Positions 38,206 through 49,200 are shown, counted from the stretch's first letter. The stretch is 64,000 nucleotides of DNA from Candidatus Limnocylindrus sp. (GCA_040397175.1 JBBAWM010000001.1:217976-281975); one strand, 5' to 3'. Notes: generated by a model from the sequence alone, not told the origin. A program made the numbers and translations.

Positions 38206-39158
38206 CTTTTATCCGATCGCGACGCTGCCAGTCGGCTCAGTCCAAAGAGGAGCCCAGCGATGGCAGCGGCACCGATGAGTGCAGCGATCACTGTTGATGC
38301 AGTTCCATCAAGTCCAGGGATGGAGTAGCCAGCGAAGAGATTGAATGGAGCGCCAGCTTCAACATGAGAGAAGCCGAGCGCTTGCGCAACATAGTTCAGT
38401 CCATCGGGATCGGCTGAAGCGAAGAGCGTGGCGAGTGTACTGACGACGACTGTCGCGATGGCACCTGCGCCAACTCGGCGCGCGAGGGAGGTGCGCACCG
38501 TAGGCTCCGCGCTGAGAAGGTCTGGTGCAGTCGTCGCGATGAATGTCAGGGCGGCGACGGTGATGAGAGCTTCGCCAACACCGATGAACACGTGTACGCC
38601 CAACATCGCGGGAAGCCCCACCGAAATATCCGTTGTGCCCGAAAGCCCCAACTGCATCGCGGTGATGCCGGCTCCAGCCATCACGGAGAGCCAGCCAGCA
38701 ACGCCAGCCGCGGCGATCCGCGCGCTGCGGCCACCGCCGAGTGCGAGCGCTAGGGCTCGAGCAATGAGGGTGCCGCCCAGCGTGCCGATGATCCCCATGT
38801 TGAAGATGTTCGCGCCGAGCGCAAGCAGCCCACCGTCTTGAAAGAGGAGCGCCTGCACGCCAATGACAGTCGTCATAACAATGGTTCCCGCCCATGGCCC
38901 AAGCAGATAGCCGGCGAGAACGCCACCAAGCAGATGTCCGCTCGTTCCTGCTGCGACGGGGAAGTTGAACATTTGGGCGGCGAAGATGAATGCGCCGACC
39001 AGGCCCATCAGAATCGGCCGGCCGGCGGCACCACTCGCATCACGGCTCGCCGCCAAGCGGCGGAGGGAGATGCCGACGATCAGGGCCGTTGCGGCCCAGA
39101 GGGCGAGGGCAAGCTGTGGGGCGAGGAAGCCATCAGGGAGGTGCATGGTGTGGATCAC
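38202..39158 (-). CDS. ECF S component CbiM/NikM fused to N (PDGL) domain; alternative start ATG at 39146
   Basis: MHLPDGFL, GTSGHLLGG, QALLFQDGG, GVGEALIT, ASADPDGL. Confidence 0.92.
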   Translation of the reverse strand: MIHTMHLPDGFLAPQLALALWAATALIVGISLRRLAASRDASGAAGRPILMGLVGAFIFAAQMFNFPVAAGTSGHLLGGVLAGYLLGPWAGTIVMTTVIGVQALLFQDGGLLALGANIFNMGIIGTLGGTLIARALALALGGGRSARIAAAGVAGWLSVMAGAGITAMQLGLSGTTDISVGLPAMLGVHVFIGVGEALITVAALTFIATTAPDLLSAEPTVRTSLARRVGAGAIATVVVSTLATLFASADPDGLNYVAQALGFSHVEAGAPFNLFAGYSIPGLDGTASTVIAALIGAAAIAGLLFGLSRLAASRSDKR

Positions 39159-39168
39159 CTTGTGAGTC

Positions 39169-39188
39169 TATCGCAACACGTTGCAATA
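39169..39188. promoter_or_regulatory. Palindromic operator between the ECF operon and the Fur-family gene
   Basis: TATCGCAAC-AC-GTTGCAATA (one mismatch), overlapping the minus-strand -10 TAGACT (39165-39170). Confidence 0.7.
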
Positions 39189-39211
39189 AGCCATCCCGTA
39201 TCCTGCCCGAG

Positions 39212-39670
39212 ATGGCTACGGCACCCGAACCGAAAGTGACGCTCGCTACCCGCCTGCAGGCGGCGGTACAGGCGCGTGGTCAGCGCTGGACCGAGCAGCG
39301 GCAGCTGATTGCCGACGTGCTCGCCGCCTCCGACGGTCACGCGACCGGGGCCGAACTGGTGGAGCGTGTGCGTGTGGCAGATCCATCGGCGACCCCTTCA
39401 ACCGTATACCGCACGTTGGATCTCCTCGAAGAGCTGGGGTTCGCCAGCCATCATCATGGGGTCGATGGGCGAGAGACCTATCACCTGGAAGAGGTGGTGG
39501 CGCATGGTCACGTTCACTGCCAGGGGTGCGGTGCCGAGGTGGAGCTAGATGCCGACCTCGCGCAACCGATCCTCGCCGCGATTGAGCGTGCCACCGGCTA
39601 TGCCGCGGACCTCGACCACCTCTCGCTCCAGGGGCGCTGCCCCTCGTGCCGGGCTGCCGCCGCACGGTAG
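39212..39670 (+). CDS. Fur-family metalloregulator (Nur-like by context)
   Basis: TEQRQLI, STVYRTLDLLEELG, HGHVHCQGC, CPSC. Confidence 0.92.
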   Translation: MATAPEPKVTLATRLQAAVQARGQRWTEQRQLIADVLAASDGHATGAELVERVRVADPSATPSTVYRTLDLLEELGFASHHHGVDGRETYHLEEVVAHGHVHCQGCGAEVELDADLAQPILAAIERATGYAADLDHLSLQGRCPSCRAAAAR

Positions 39671-39721
39671 ACTCTGCCCGATGGCGCACCGCATGTGCGC
39701 CGCACAAGTAAGGATGGACCA

Positions 39722-41287
39722 ATGGCTGAGAAGTTGAAGATCACGTACGCCACCCTGAACGACTCCAACGAGGAGATCCATATTGGGTACGAGGCCGGTC
39801 TCGCGCAGGCTCGCGCACTCATGGGCGGCGCACACGGAAACTTCATCAATGGCACCTGGTCCACCGCGGGCGACACCTTCGTCAAGAAGTCCCCAATTGA
39901 TGGCAGCGTTGTCGGCACCTTTAGTATGGGCGACCGCTCCACGGCGAAGGCGGCGATCGCTGCGGCGAAGGCGGCGTACCCAGCCTGGTCAAAGCGCCCG
40001 TGGCAGGAGCGCGTTGCGCTCATTCGCGCGGCGGCTGAGTTGATCAGCGAGCGACAGTTCCTCTACTCCGCACTCCTCTCCATTGAGGTTGGCAAGAATC
40101 GCCTCGAGGCACTCGGTGACGTCGAAGAGACCGCCGACTTCTTCCGCATCTACGCGAGTGAGGTTGAGCGCAATAAGGGGTACGTCCACACCATGGGGAA
40201 CCTTGGTGATGCAAAGGTCGAAACGACGACTGTCCTCAAGCCGTACGGCGTTTGGGCAGTGATCAGTCCATTCAACTTCCCGTTCGCACTCATGGGCGGG
40301 CCGGTTGGCGCGGCACTCGTTGCTGGCAACTCGGTCGTACTGAAGCCGTCGTCTGATGCGCCTCTCTCGGCAGTGTTGCTGTCGCAGGCGATTAGCGACG
40401 CAGGGATTCCTGCCGGCGTCTTCAACATGGTGATGGGGCCAGGCGAAAGCGTTGGCGCCGAACTACAGGAGAACCACGACGTCTCCGGCATCACCTTCAC
40501 CGGCTCCGCAGAGATCGGCATGCAGGTCTACCGATCATTTGCCAAGGACTACCCAAAGCCGGTCATCGTGGAGATGGGTGGAAAGAACCCAACGATCATC
40601 TCAAAGAAGGCCGATCTAGAGAAGGCGGCCGAGGGTGTGCTCCGTTCGGCGTTCGGTCTCGGTGGGCAGAAGTGTTCGGCGAACAGCCGCGTCTATATTG
40701 AAGCGTCAGTTCATGACGAATTCGTTCAGCACCTCGTTGAGAAGACAAAGGCGCTGAAGGTTGGCGACCCAACGGTGCGCGGCATCTTCCTTGGGCCGAT
40801 CATCAACCAGCGCTCCGTCGACACCTTCTTACAGGCGTGCGACGAGGCGAAGCGCGACGGCACGATCGCCGTTGGCGGTGGCCGACTGACCGATGGCGAT
40901 CTCGCCAAGGGTTTTTATGTGGCGCCGACCGTGGTGACGGGCCTCCCGGCAACGCACCGGCTCTTCAAGGATGAGCTCTTCACGCCGTTCGTTGTGGTGG
41001 CGAAGGTCGCCTCGTTTGAGGAGGGGATCGCCCTCGCCAACGAGAGCGAGTACGCCCTGACCGCCGGTTGCTATACCGAGGATGAGGCCGAGATCAAGAT
41101 CTTCCTCGACACCATTGATGGCGGGGTCATCTACGTGAATCGCCGAGTGGGGGCCACAACCGGCGCATGGCCAATGGTCCAGCCGTTCGGCGGCTGGAAG
41201 AAGTCGGGCACAACGGGGAAGTCGGGCGGCGGCCTCTATTACGTGCCGCAGTACCTGCGCGAGCAGAGCCAGACAATCGTCCGCTAA
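39722..41287 (+). CDS. Aldehyde dehydrogenase (P5C/glutamate-semialdehyde dehydrogenase-like)
   Basis: ISPFNFP, FTGS, EMGGKN, GQKCSA, QPFGGWKKSG. Confidence 0.92.
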   Translation: MAEKLKITYATLNDSNEEIHIGYEAGLAQARALMGGAHGNFINGTWSTAGDTFVKKSPIDGSVVGTFSMGDRSTAKAAIAAAKAAYPAWSKRPWQERVALIRAAAELISERQFLYSALLSIEVGKNRLEALGDVEETADFFRIYASEVERNKGYVHTMGNLGDAKVETTTVLKPYGVWAVISPFNFPFALMGGPVGAALVAGNSVVLKPSSDAPLSAVLLSQAISDAGIPAGVFNMVMGPGESVGAELQENHDVSGITFTGSAEIGMQVYRSFAKDYPKPVIVEMGGKNPTIISKKADLEKAAEGVLRSAFGLGGQKCSANSRVYIEASVHDEFVQHLVEKTKALKVGDPTVRGIFLGPIINQRSVDTFLQACDEAKRDGTIAVGGGRLTDGDLAKGFYVAPTVVTGLPATHRLFKDELFTPFVVVAKVASFEEGIALANESEYALTAGCYTEDEAEIKIFLDTIDGGVIYVNRRVGATTGAWPMVQPFGGWKKSGTTGKSGGGLYYVPQYLREQSQTIVR

Positions 41288-41342
41288 ACGGGGGTTTCCC
41301 TCGTATACACTCCGCATACAAAGCATCCATAGGAGGGGCACC

Positions 41343-42650
41343 ATGACGATCGCCGAGAAGCCTGCGAAGCCTGCAGCCTGGCCAGCCACTCTGCCGCACC
41401 TGGTCACGAAGGTGCCAGGTCCGAAGGCACTCGCCCAGGTAGCCGCCGATCAGGCGGTTGTCTCCGGAAGCCTGCCGCGTGCCTATCCGTTTGCCCCTGT
41501 GCGTGGTTTCGGCATGGGGGTTGAGGATCAGGACGGCAACGTCTTCCTCGACTTCTGCGCTGGCATCGCCGTGAACTCCACCGGCCACTGCCACCCGCGC
41601 GTGGTGGACGCGATCGTGCAGCAGGCGCAGCGCCTCTTGCACTACAGCGCCTCAGACTTCTACGAACAGCGCTACCAGGAGCTCGCATCGGCACTCGCCG
41701 CGTCCGCACCATGGAAGGGGCCATCAAAAGTCCTTCTCCAGAATTCGGGGACCGAGGCGGTCGAGGCCTCTATCAAGTTGGCGCGATACATGAGCGGTCG
41801 CCAGTGGATCGTCGGCTTCGTCGGCGGCTTCCACGGACGAACCCTTGGCTCGCTCACCCTGACCAACTCGAAGGCGAAGTATCACGCACACTTCGGCCCA
41901 CTCGCGCCTGGCTTCTTGCATGTGCCGTTCGGTAGCGAGGGCCTCGACGAGCTGGAAGAGCGCATTATCGCGCGCACCATCCCTGGCGATGAGATTGCCG
42001 CGTTTGTTGTGGAGCCAGTGCAGGGCGAGGGCGGCTACATCGTTCCAGACAAAGACTTCTTCCCGCGGCTGAAGGCAATCGCCGATAAGTACTGCATCGC
42101 CATCGTAGTTGACGAGGTGCAGTCGGGCGCCGGTCGCACCGGCAAGATGTGGGCGATTGAAAACTTTGGTATTGAGCCCGACATCGTTGCCGCCGCGAAG
42201 GGTCTCGGCTCAGGGATGCCGATTGGCGCGGTCATTGCGAAAGAGCATTGGATGCGCTGGAAGCCCGGCTCGCACGGCTCAACGTTCGGTGGTAATCCAG
42301 TAGCTGCAGCGGCGGCCATCGCCACCCTTGATGTGATCCGCGACGAGAACCTGATGCAGAACGCAATCGATCGCGGCGCACAGGCGCTGACGGGGCTGCG
42401 TGCCGGCCTCAAGGGGAACAAGCATGTCACCGACATTCGCGGCATCGGCCTCATGATTGGCGTTGATTTTACGAACGCCGACATTGCGGGCGAAGTTGAG
42501 GTTGAAGCGTTTGAGCGCGGACTCCTTGTGTTGACCTGCGGTGACCGCGGCGTGCGCATGAGCCCCCCGCTCGTCGTGAACGAGGCCGAAATGGATACGG
42601 CCGTCCGCATCTTCTCTGAGGCCGCAGCGGCAGTCGCCGCTCGGCACTGA
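41343..42650 (+). CDS. Class-III aminotransferase (4-aminobutyrate/acetylornithine-like)
   Basis: NSGTEAVE, FHGRT, EPVQGEGG, DEVQSGAGRTG, AKG, STFGGNP. Confidence 0.93.
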   Translation: MTIAEKPAKPAAWPATLPHLVTKVPGPKALAQVAADQAVVSGSLPRAYPFAPVRGFGMGVEDQDGNVFLDFCAGIAVNSTGHCHPRVVDAIVQQAQRLLHYSASDFYEQRYQELASALAASAPWKGPSKVLLQNSGTEAVEASIKLARYMSGRQWIVGFVGGFHGRTLGSLTLTNSKAKYHAHFGPLAPGFLHVPFGSEGLDELEERIIARTIPGDEIAAFVVEPVQGEGGYIVPDKDFFPRLKAIADKYCIAIVVDEVQSGAGRTGKMWAIENFGIEPDIVAAAKGLGSGMPIGAVIAKEHWMRWKPGSHGSTFGGNPVAAAAAIATLDVIRDENLMQNAIDRGAQALTGLRAGLKGNKHVTDIRGIGLMIGVDFTNADIAGEVEVEAFERGLLVLTCGDRGVRMSPPLVVNEAEMDTAVRIFSEAAAAVAARH

Positions 42651-42698
42651 GCGAGCGCCCATGCGCGGGCTGCTCTCAGTGCGCGCAGGGGTGACGAG

Positions 42699-43631
42699 TT
42701 GAGCACCTCAAAACTCGTCGACATGCGCACGGCGATTGCCGCGCATGTAGACGACGGCGATACAGTGGCAATCGAAGGGTTCACCCACTGCATCTCGTTT
42801 GCCGCAGGGCACGAGATCATTCGGCAGAAGCGACGCAATCTCACGCTGGCGCGCATGACGCCCGATCTTGTGTACGACCAGATGGTTGCTGCAGGCTGCG
42901 CCACGAAGTTGATCTTCAGCTGGCTGGGCAACCCTGGCGTCGGCTCGCTGCACGCCATTCGCCGACGCACCGAACCAGCGGCGCTCGCCCCTGGCGAATC
43001 TCTCCTCGAGATCGAGGAGTACAGCCATCACGGCATGGTCGGCCGCTATGTGGCCGGTGCGCACCGCCTCCCGTTCTATCCACTGCGCAGCTACTCCGAG
43101 AGCGACCTGCCGAAGGTGAATCCACTGATTCGCACCGTGCAGAGCCCGTTCGGTGGCGAAGAGGTCTACGCCGTTCCACCGCTCAACCCTGACGTCACGA
43201 TCATCCATGCACAGCGCGCCGACGCTGAGGGGAACGTGCAGATGTGGGGTCTGCTTGGATGCCAGAAGGAGGCGGCCTTCGCTGCAAAGCGCGTGATCGC
43301 CGTTGTCGAAGAGATCGTACCGACGAGTGTGATTCGCGCCGATCCGAATCGCACCATTATTCCAGGGCTGATCGTGAGCGCCGTCGTCTGTGAGCCGTTC
43401 GGTGCGCACCCGTCGTACGTGCAGGGTTCGTACGATCGCGACAACGCCTTCTACCGTGAGTGGGACACCATCAGCCGTGATGCCGCCGCCACCGAGGCGT
43501 GGCTGCAGGAGTGGGTCTACGGCGTGAAGGACCGCGCCGCCTATGTGGCGAAGTTTGGTGCCGACTATTTCAAGGGGCTCACCCCAACGAGCGCCCCATC
43601 AGGCTCGGTCGACTACGGAGACTACCGATGA
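42699..43631 (+). CDS. CoA-transferase subunit A (glutaconate CoA-transferase-like)
   Basis: EGFTH, HEIIRQ, HAQRAD..GN, GAHPS. Confidence 0.9.
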   Translation: MSTSKLVDMRTAIAAHVDDGDTVAIEGFTHCISFAAGHEIIRQKRRNLTLARMTPDLVYDQMVAAGCATKLIFSWLGNPGVGSLHAIRRRTEPAALAPGESLLEIEEYSHHGMVGRYVAGAHRLPFYPLRSYSESDLPKVNPLIRTVQSPFGGEEVYAVPPLNPDVTIIHAQRADAEGNVQMWGLLGCQKEAAFAAKRVIAVVEEIVPTSVIRADPNRTIIPGLIVSAVVCEPFGAHPSYVQGSYDRDNAFYREWDTISRDAAATEAWLQEWVYGVKDRAAYVAKFGADYFKGLTPTSAPSGSVDYGDYR

Positions 43632-44410
43632 GTGGTCAGCGTCCGGCGAGCAAGAGCGAGCTGATGGTCGTCGCCTCGGCGCACGCCCTCACCGGGAAGC
43701 GCGTCTGCTTTGTCGGGGTGGGCCTTCCGAACATCGCGGTGAATCTCGCGAAGCGCACCGTTGCACCAGAGATGGAGCTCGTCTACGAGGCGGGCGTCTT
43801 CGGCGCAAATCCGGCACGACTCCCGCTCTCCATTGGCGATCCAACGATCGTGACCGGCTCCACCGCCACGGTCTCCATGCACGACCTCTTCGGTCTCTAC
43901 CTGCAGGGGGGGCGCATCGATGTGGGCTTCCTCGGCGGCGCGCAGATCGATCGCTTCGGCAACTTGAACACGACGGTAATCGGTGACTATGCCGCACCAA
44001 AGACGCGACTCCCAGGATCGGGTGGCGCCTGTGAGATCGCGATCAACGCCAAAGAGATCCTGGTGATCATGCGCCAGAGCACGCGCAGCTTTGTGAAGGA
44101 GCTGGACTTCCGCACCTCTCCCGGAAACCTTGGCGGCGCCGTCGCAGCTGCAAAAACTCGTGCGGCACAAGGGTGGGGCGGAAGCGGACCGTCGGGCGTT
44201 ATCACTGATCTTGGCGTCTACGGATTTGATGATGATGGTGAGATGGCGCTGCGCAGCTTGCATCCCGGTGCAACCCTTGATGAGGTGCGCGCGTCAATTG
44301 GTTGGGAGATTCGTATTCCGCAGAACGTTCCCGCCACGCCAACGCCGACCGATGAAGAGCTGCGCCTGATTCGTGAAGAGCTCGATCCAACCGGAGCCTA
44401 CGTTTCGTGA
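43628..44410 (+). CDS. CoA-transferase subunit B
   Basis: VGVGLP, YEAG (catalytic Glu), GAQIDRFGNLN, LPGSGGA. Confidence 0.9.
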   Translation: MSGQRPASKSELMVVASAHALTGKRVCFVGVGLPNIAVNLAKRTVAPEMELVYEAGVFGANPARLPLSIGDPTIVTGSTATVSMHDLFGLYLQGGRIDVGFLGGAQIDRFGNLNTTVIGDYAAPKTRLPGSGGACEIAINAKEILVIMRQSTRSFVKELDFRTSPGNLGGAVAAAKTRAAQGWGGSGPSGVITDLGVYGFDDDGEMALRSLHPGATLDEVRASIGWEIRIPQNVPATPTPTDEELRLIREELDPTGAYVS

Positions 44411-45741
44411 GTAGCGGCAAGATCTTCAGCCGCGGTGGCGCCGCACTCCCGATCGCTGTATCTGGCGACGGCGCATACATCACCGACCAGTGCGGTCGGC
44501 GCTATCTCGATGCCGCAGGCGGCGCCATCGTCGTGGGGATTGGTCACGGCCGACGTGCCGTTGCTGATGCCGCAGCCGCGCAGATGGCCAAGATCGCCTA
44601 CGCCCACGGGAGCGCCTTCACCGCTGAGGCGCTCGACGCCTGGGCGAGTGAGGTTGGCCCACTACTCCCAATGAAGGACCCGTCGCTCTATCCAGTCTCT
44701 GGTGGTTCCGAGGCTGCGGAGACAGCACTCAAGATGGTGCGCGCCTACTGGCTCGCGCAGGGCGAGCCGGATCGAACCGTGGTGGTGAGCCGCTGGGGGA
44801 GCTATCACGGCAACACGCTCGGTGCCCTCGACCTCTCTGGCCGTACCGGTTTGCGCCGCCCATACGAGCCATGGCTCGGGCGCTTTGAACATGTCTCGGC
44901 CGCCTACTCGTATCGAGCGGGAGAGGTCGGTGCAAACGCGATCGCCAGCGGCGCCGAAGCGGTCGCCGAACTAGATACCCTGCTGACCCGCGTTGGTCCA
45001 GGGCGCATCGCCGCCTTTGTTGCCGAACCAATTGCGGGCGCAACGCTCGCCGGCGCCGTCCCGCCCGACGATTACTGGCCGGCGGTCAGCAGTTGGTGCG
45101 CGCGCAACAAGGTGCTCCTCGTGGCCGATGAGGTGATGACCGGATTCGGGCGAACGGGAACCTGGTTCGGTGTAAACCATTGGAAGGTGCAGCCAGACCT
45201 GCTGCTCGCCGCGAAAGGTGTGACGAGCGGCTACTGGCCGTTTGGCTTCGTGGCCGCGGCGAGCCACGTAGCTGAGCCGATCTTGGCAGGCGGATTCGTA
45301 CATGGCTTTACCTATAGCCACTCGATACCCGGCGCCGCCGTCGCACGCTCCGTGCTGAAGATCCTGCGCGATGAGAACCTGGTTGAGGCGGCCGCCACCA
45401 AAGGCGAACAGCTGCGTGCGGCACTCCAGACAGAGTTGGCCAGCGACCCGTGGGTCGGCGAGATTCGCGGCCGCGGTCTCCTCCTCGGGATCGAACTCGT
45501 TGTCGACCGCGTGAGTACGGCGCCGCATGCGCGTGCGAAGCGTGTCACGGAGCGCGTGTTGGCGCAGGCCAAGAACTCCAGCGATGTTGGCCTACTTCTC
45601 TATAGCGCGACCGGCCAAGCGAACGGCACAGACGGCGATCAGATCGTGCTCGGGCCACCGTTCGTGATTGGCGACGAGGAGATTGCGCGCATTGCCCGCG
45701 GGACCGCCGCAGCGATCCGCGCGGTGCGCGACGAGGCTTAG
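44407..45741 (+). CDS. Class-III aminotransferase
   Basis: SGGSEAAETA, SYHGNT, ADEVMTGFGRTG, AKG, HGFTY. Confidence 0.92.
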   Translation: MSSGKIFSRGGAALPIAVSGDGAYITDQCGRRYLDAAGGAIVVGIGHGRRAVADAAAAQMAKIAYAHGSAFTAEALDAWASEVGPLLPMKDPSLYPVSGGSEAAETALKMVRAYWLAQGEPDRTVVVSRWGSYHGNTLGALDLSGRTGLRRPYEPWLGRFEHVSAAYSYRAGEVGANAIASGAEAVAELDTLLTRVGPGRIAAFVAEPIAGATLAGAVPPDDYWPAVSSWCARNKVLLVADEVMTGFGRTGTWFGVNHWKVQPDLLLAAKGVTSGYWPFGFVAAASHVAEPILAGGFVHGFTYSHSIPGAAVARSVLKILRDENLVEAAATKGEQLRAALQTELASDPWVGEIRGRGLLLGIELVVDRVSTAPHARAKRVTERVLAQAKNSSDVGLLLYSATGQANGTDGDQIVLGPPFVIGDEEIARIARGTAAAIRAVRDEA

Positions 45742-46172
45742 GCGTTAATCGCGAGAGTGATCTCGACGTTCCCCGCCAGCGCTGCCGAAATTGGGCAGCC
45801 GCCCTTCGCCCCTTCGGCAAGCTCTGTAAACTTCGCAGCATCAAGACCCGGAACATCACCCTTCAAGGTGAGTGCCGACTTCGTGACGCGCCAGCCTGCT
45901 TCGACCTTCTCAAAGGTCACGGTCGCTGAAACGTCGAGCTTCGTGGCTGGAGTGTTATTGCGAGCCAAGCCGCCGGAGAGCGCCATCGCAAAACAGGAGG
46001 CGTGGGCTGCAGCGAGCAACTCTTCGGGAGAGGTTGACCCGTCATGCGCCTCGGAGCGTCGCGGCCAACTGACGGGCAGCGTGCCGATTGCACCGCTCTC
46101 AAACGAGGTGATGGCCCCGGAGCCCTCAAGGAGTGAGCCGTTCCAGGTGGCGGTCGCCGTTCGCGTGGTCAT
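45738..46172 (-). CDS. osmC: OsmC-family peroxiredoxin
   Basis: SPEELLAAAHASCFAM, CPIS. Confidence 0.92.
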   Translation of the reverse strand: MTTRTATATWNGSLLEGSGAITSFESGAIGTLPVSWPRRSEAHDGSTSPEELLAAAHASCFAMALSGGLARNNTPATKLDVSATVTFEKVEAGWRVTKSALTLKGDVPGLDAAKFTELAEGAKGGCPISAALAGNVEITLAINA

Positions 46173-46284
46173 GATTAACCCCCCTTAATACGTTTTTAGC
46201 CCCGCAGCATCCTCGGCGGGATTCCGCGATACTACGCCTGTTGGGCACTGCTGCCCACTCCAATCGGTGAATAGAGGGGGTTCC

Positions 46285-49200
46285 ATGTTTTTCCTGACCA
46301 AGCTCGCGGTCGCTCGACGCAGCGTGACCATTCTCATTGCACTCGCCGTCTTCGGTGGGGGCGTGGCGAGCTGGGGGAGCCTGAAGCAGGAGCTTCTTCC
46401 AAACATCGACTTCCCGATCGTGACGATCATCGCCCCGTATCCAGGGGCTGGAACCGCCGATGTGGCCGACCAGGTGGCTGCGCCGATTGAGGCCGCTGTT
46501 GCTTCAGTCGCAGGGGTCGAATCGCTCCGCTCCGTCTCAACGACCGGGCTCGGCTTCGTCTCTGCCCAGTTTGCCTACGGGAGTGACGTCAAGGAGATCG
46601 TGCGCCAGATCGAGACTGCCATCGCCGGGTCCCGCCTCCCCGCCGGCGTGACACCAGTGGTTCGAAACTTCAACATCAACTCTTCTGCAGTGGTGATTGC
46701 CACCCTGACCCCAAAGGGCGGCACGACGTTGACGGAACTGGCAGGGCTTGCGCAGAGCGAGCTGATGCCAAGCCTCCGCGGCATTACTGGTGTCTCCGCG
46801 GCCGACCTATCGGGTGGTAGCGAAACCCAGGCCTACATTCAGCTTGATGCCACCAAACTCGCCGCGACCGGCATCAGCATGTCCCAGGTACAGGGTCTGA
46901 TTCAGGCGAACAACCTGACCTACCCCGGTGGCCAGCTCCCGGTCGGCAGCACCCTCGTGCCCGTGTCGGCCACTGGCCGCCTCACCTCCGTTGCAGACCT
47001 TGAGAACCTCATCGTTGGCGGCGGAGTTACGCCAACCGGTCAACCGTACGCAGTCTTCCTGAAGGATGTTGCGACCGTCTCACTCGCCGAGGTCCACACC
47101 ACTGGTTGGTCTGAGACGAATGGCACCCCGGGCCTGACCATCAGTGTCAGCAAGTCAGCCGATGCCAATACGGTGACGACCGCCCAAGATTCAATTGCCG
47201 CTATCGAGAAGTTTGCCGAGGCGCACTCGGCCCAGGTGAAGCACTCGGTCGTTACTGACGCATCGATCTTCATCCTCGATTCAATCGACTCACTCTTGAA
47301 GGAGGGTGGTCTCGGTGCCGCCTTTGCCGTCATTGTCATCTTCGTCTTCCTGCTCAATCTCCGATCGACCATCGTTGCCGCGGTGAGCATTCCGCTGAGC
47401 GTCTTGGCGGCGATCATCCTCATGTCAACGACTGGCATCACGATCAACATCATGACCCTCGGTGGTCTCGCCGTTGCGGTCGGCCGCGTCGTCGACGACT
47501 CCATCGTGGTCCTGGAGAACATCTACCGACATCGCAGCCAAGGGGAGCCGATCGGCGAAGCGGTGCTCAACGGCACGCGTGAGGTTGCCTCGGCGATCAC
47601 CAGCTCGACCATCACGACGATCGCGGTCTTCCTGCCGCTCGGAGTCGTGGGCGGCCTGATCAGCCAGTTCTTCCTCCCGTTCGCGCTTACCGTCACCTAC
47701 GCACTCCTTGCCTCGCTGGTCGTGGCACTCACCGTTATCCCGGTGCTCGCCTACTTCTTGGTCAAGGTGAAGGGTGATAAGGCAACGATTCCGTATGCGG
47801 TCGATACCGATCGCGAAGAGGTCTCTATCTGGGGACGGATCTATCTGCCAATCCTTGGCCTGGCCCTGCGACGCCGCGCCACGAAGCTCGTGACCCTGTT
47901 GATCGCATTCAGCCTCTTCCTTGGGGCGATCTCACTCGCGAGTGCAATCCCAACGCAGTTCCTCAATAGCGGGAGCGACAAGGTGTTGACCATCACAGTG
48001 AATCCACCGCTTGGTACCTCGACGGAGCGCGTGCTGACGCGTAGCCACACCGCCTACGAGATCTTGGCCAAGGATGCTTCGGTGCAGCTGGTTACCACCT
48101 CAATCCCAAGCGCCGATGCGACCGGCACGCAAACGCTCGTTGCCGCCACGACCGGCCGAGCACCAAATGCCGCACGAATGACCGTGCGACTTACCGCCGA
48201 CACCAGCCTCGCAGAGGCGAAGACTCGCCTAGCCAATGAGTTGGCTGATATCGGGACAGCAGGCTGGACCGTGACCGTTGAAGAGGTCGGCTTCGCTGCC
48301 GGCTCGAATGCGATCTCGGTAATCATTACCGGCGATCGCGCCGCCGATGTCGCGGCGGCCTCTGATCTCCTCGTCGCAAAGCTCGCCGCAAACGGCGACC
48401 TGGCAAACGTCAAGAGTGATCTTGTGAAGGCGGGTCGCCAGATCGAGGTCACGGTGAACCCGTCGAAGGCGGCCATGGCCGGACTCTCGGCAGCGCAAGT
48501 TGCCGGCGAGGTGCGAAACCTGCTCGTTGGCTCGCAGCTTGGACAGATCACGATTGATGGCGCAAAGGTAAATCTCTCCATCAAGATCGACAGCAGCTCT
48601 GTAACCGACATCGCTCAACTTGGTGCATACATGGTTGGCGGCACGAAGAAGGTGCCGCTCAGCAGCATCGCAACCATTGAAGAGCTCTCCGTTCCATCAA
48701 GCATTACGCGCATCGACCAGTCGCTCGCCGCGAACGTAACTGGCGAGATCGCCGTGGCCGACACCGGTGCGGTGAATACCGCCGTTAAGTCGGCGGTCAC
48801 CGATCTGCAAGACGCTGGGAAGCTCAGCAAGGTCAGCGTGCGCCTCGCCGGCGTCACCGAGCAACAGAATCAATCGTTCAGCGGCCTCTTCACCGCGATG
48901 GCCGTCGCAATCCTGCTCGTCTACCTCACGATGGTGTTGGTCTTCAACTCCCTCGTAGATCCGCTCGTGATCATGTTCAGCCTGCCACTCGCCGTGGTCG
49001 GTGCATTCCCAGCACTCCTGATCACAAATCGTCCGATTGGCATCTCGGCGCTCATCGGCTTCCTCATGTTGATCGGTATCGTGGTGACGAATGCCATCGT
49101 GTTGCTCGATCGTGTCGAGCAGCTCCGCCACGAAGGGGTGCCAACGAATGATGCGTTGATGCGTGCTGGCGCTACGCGTGTCCGTCCAATCCTGATGACC

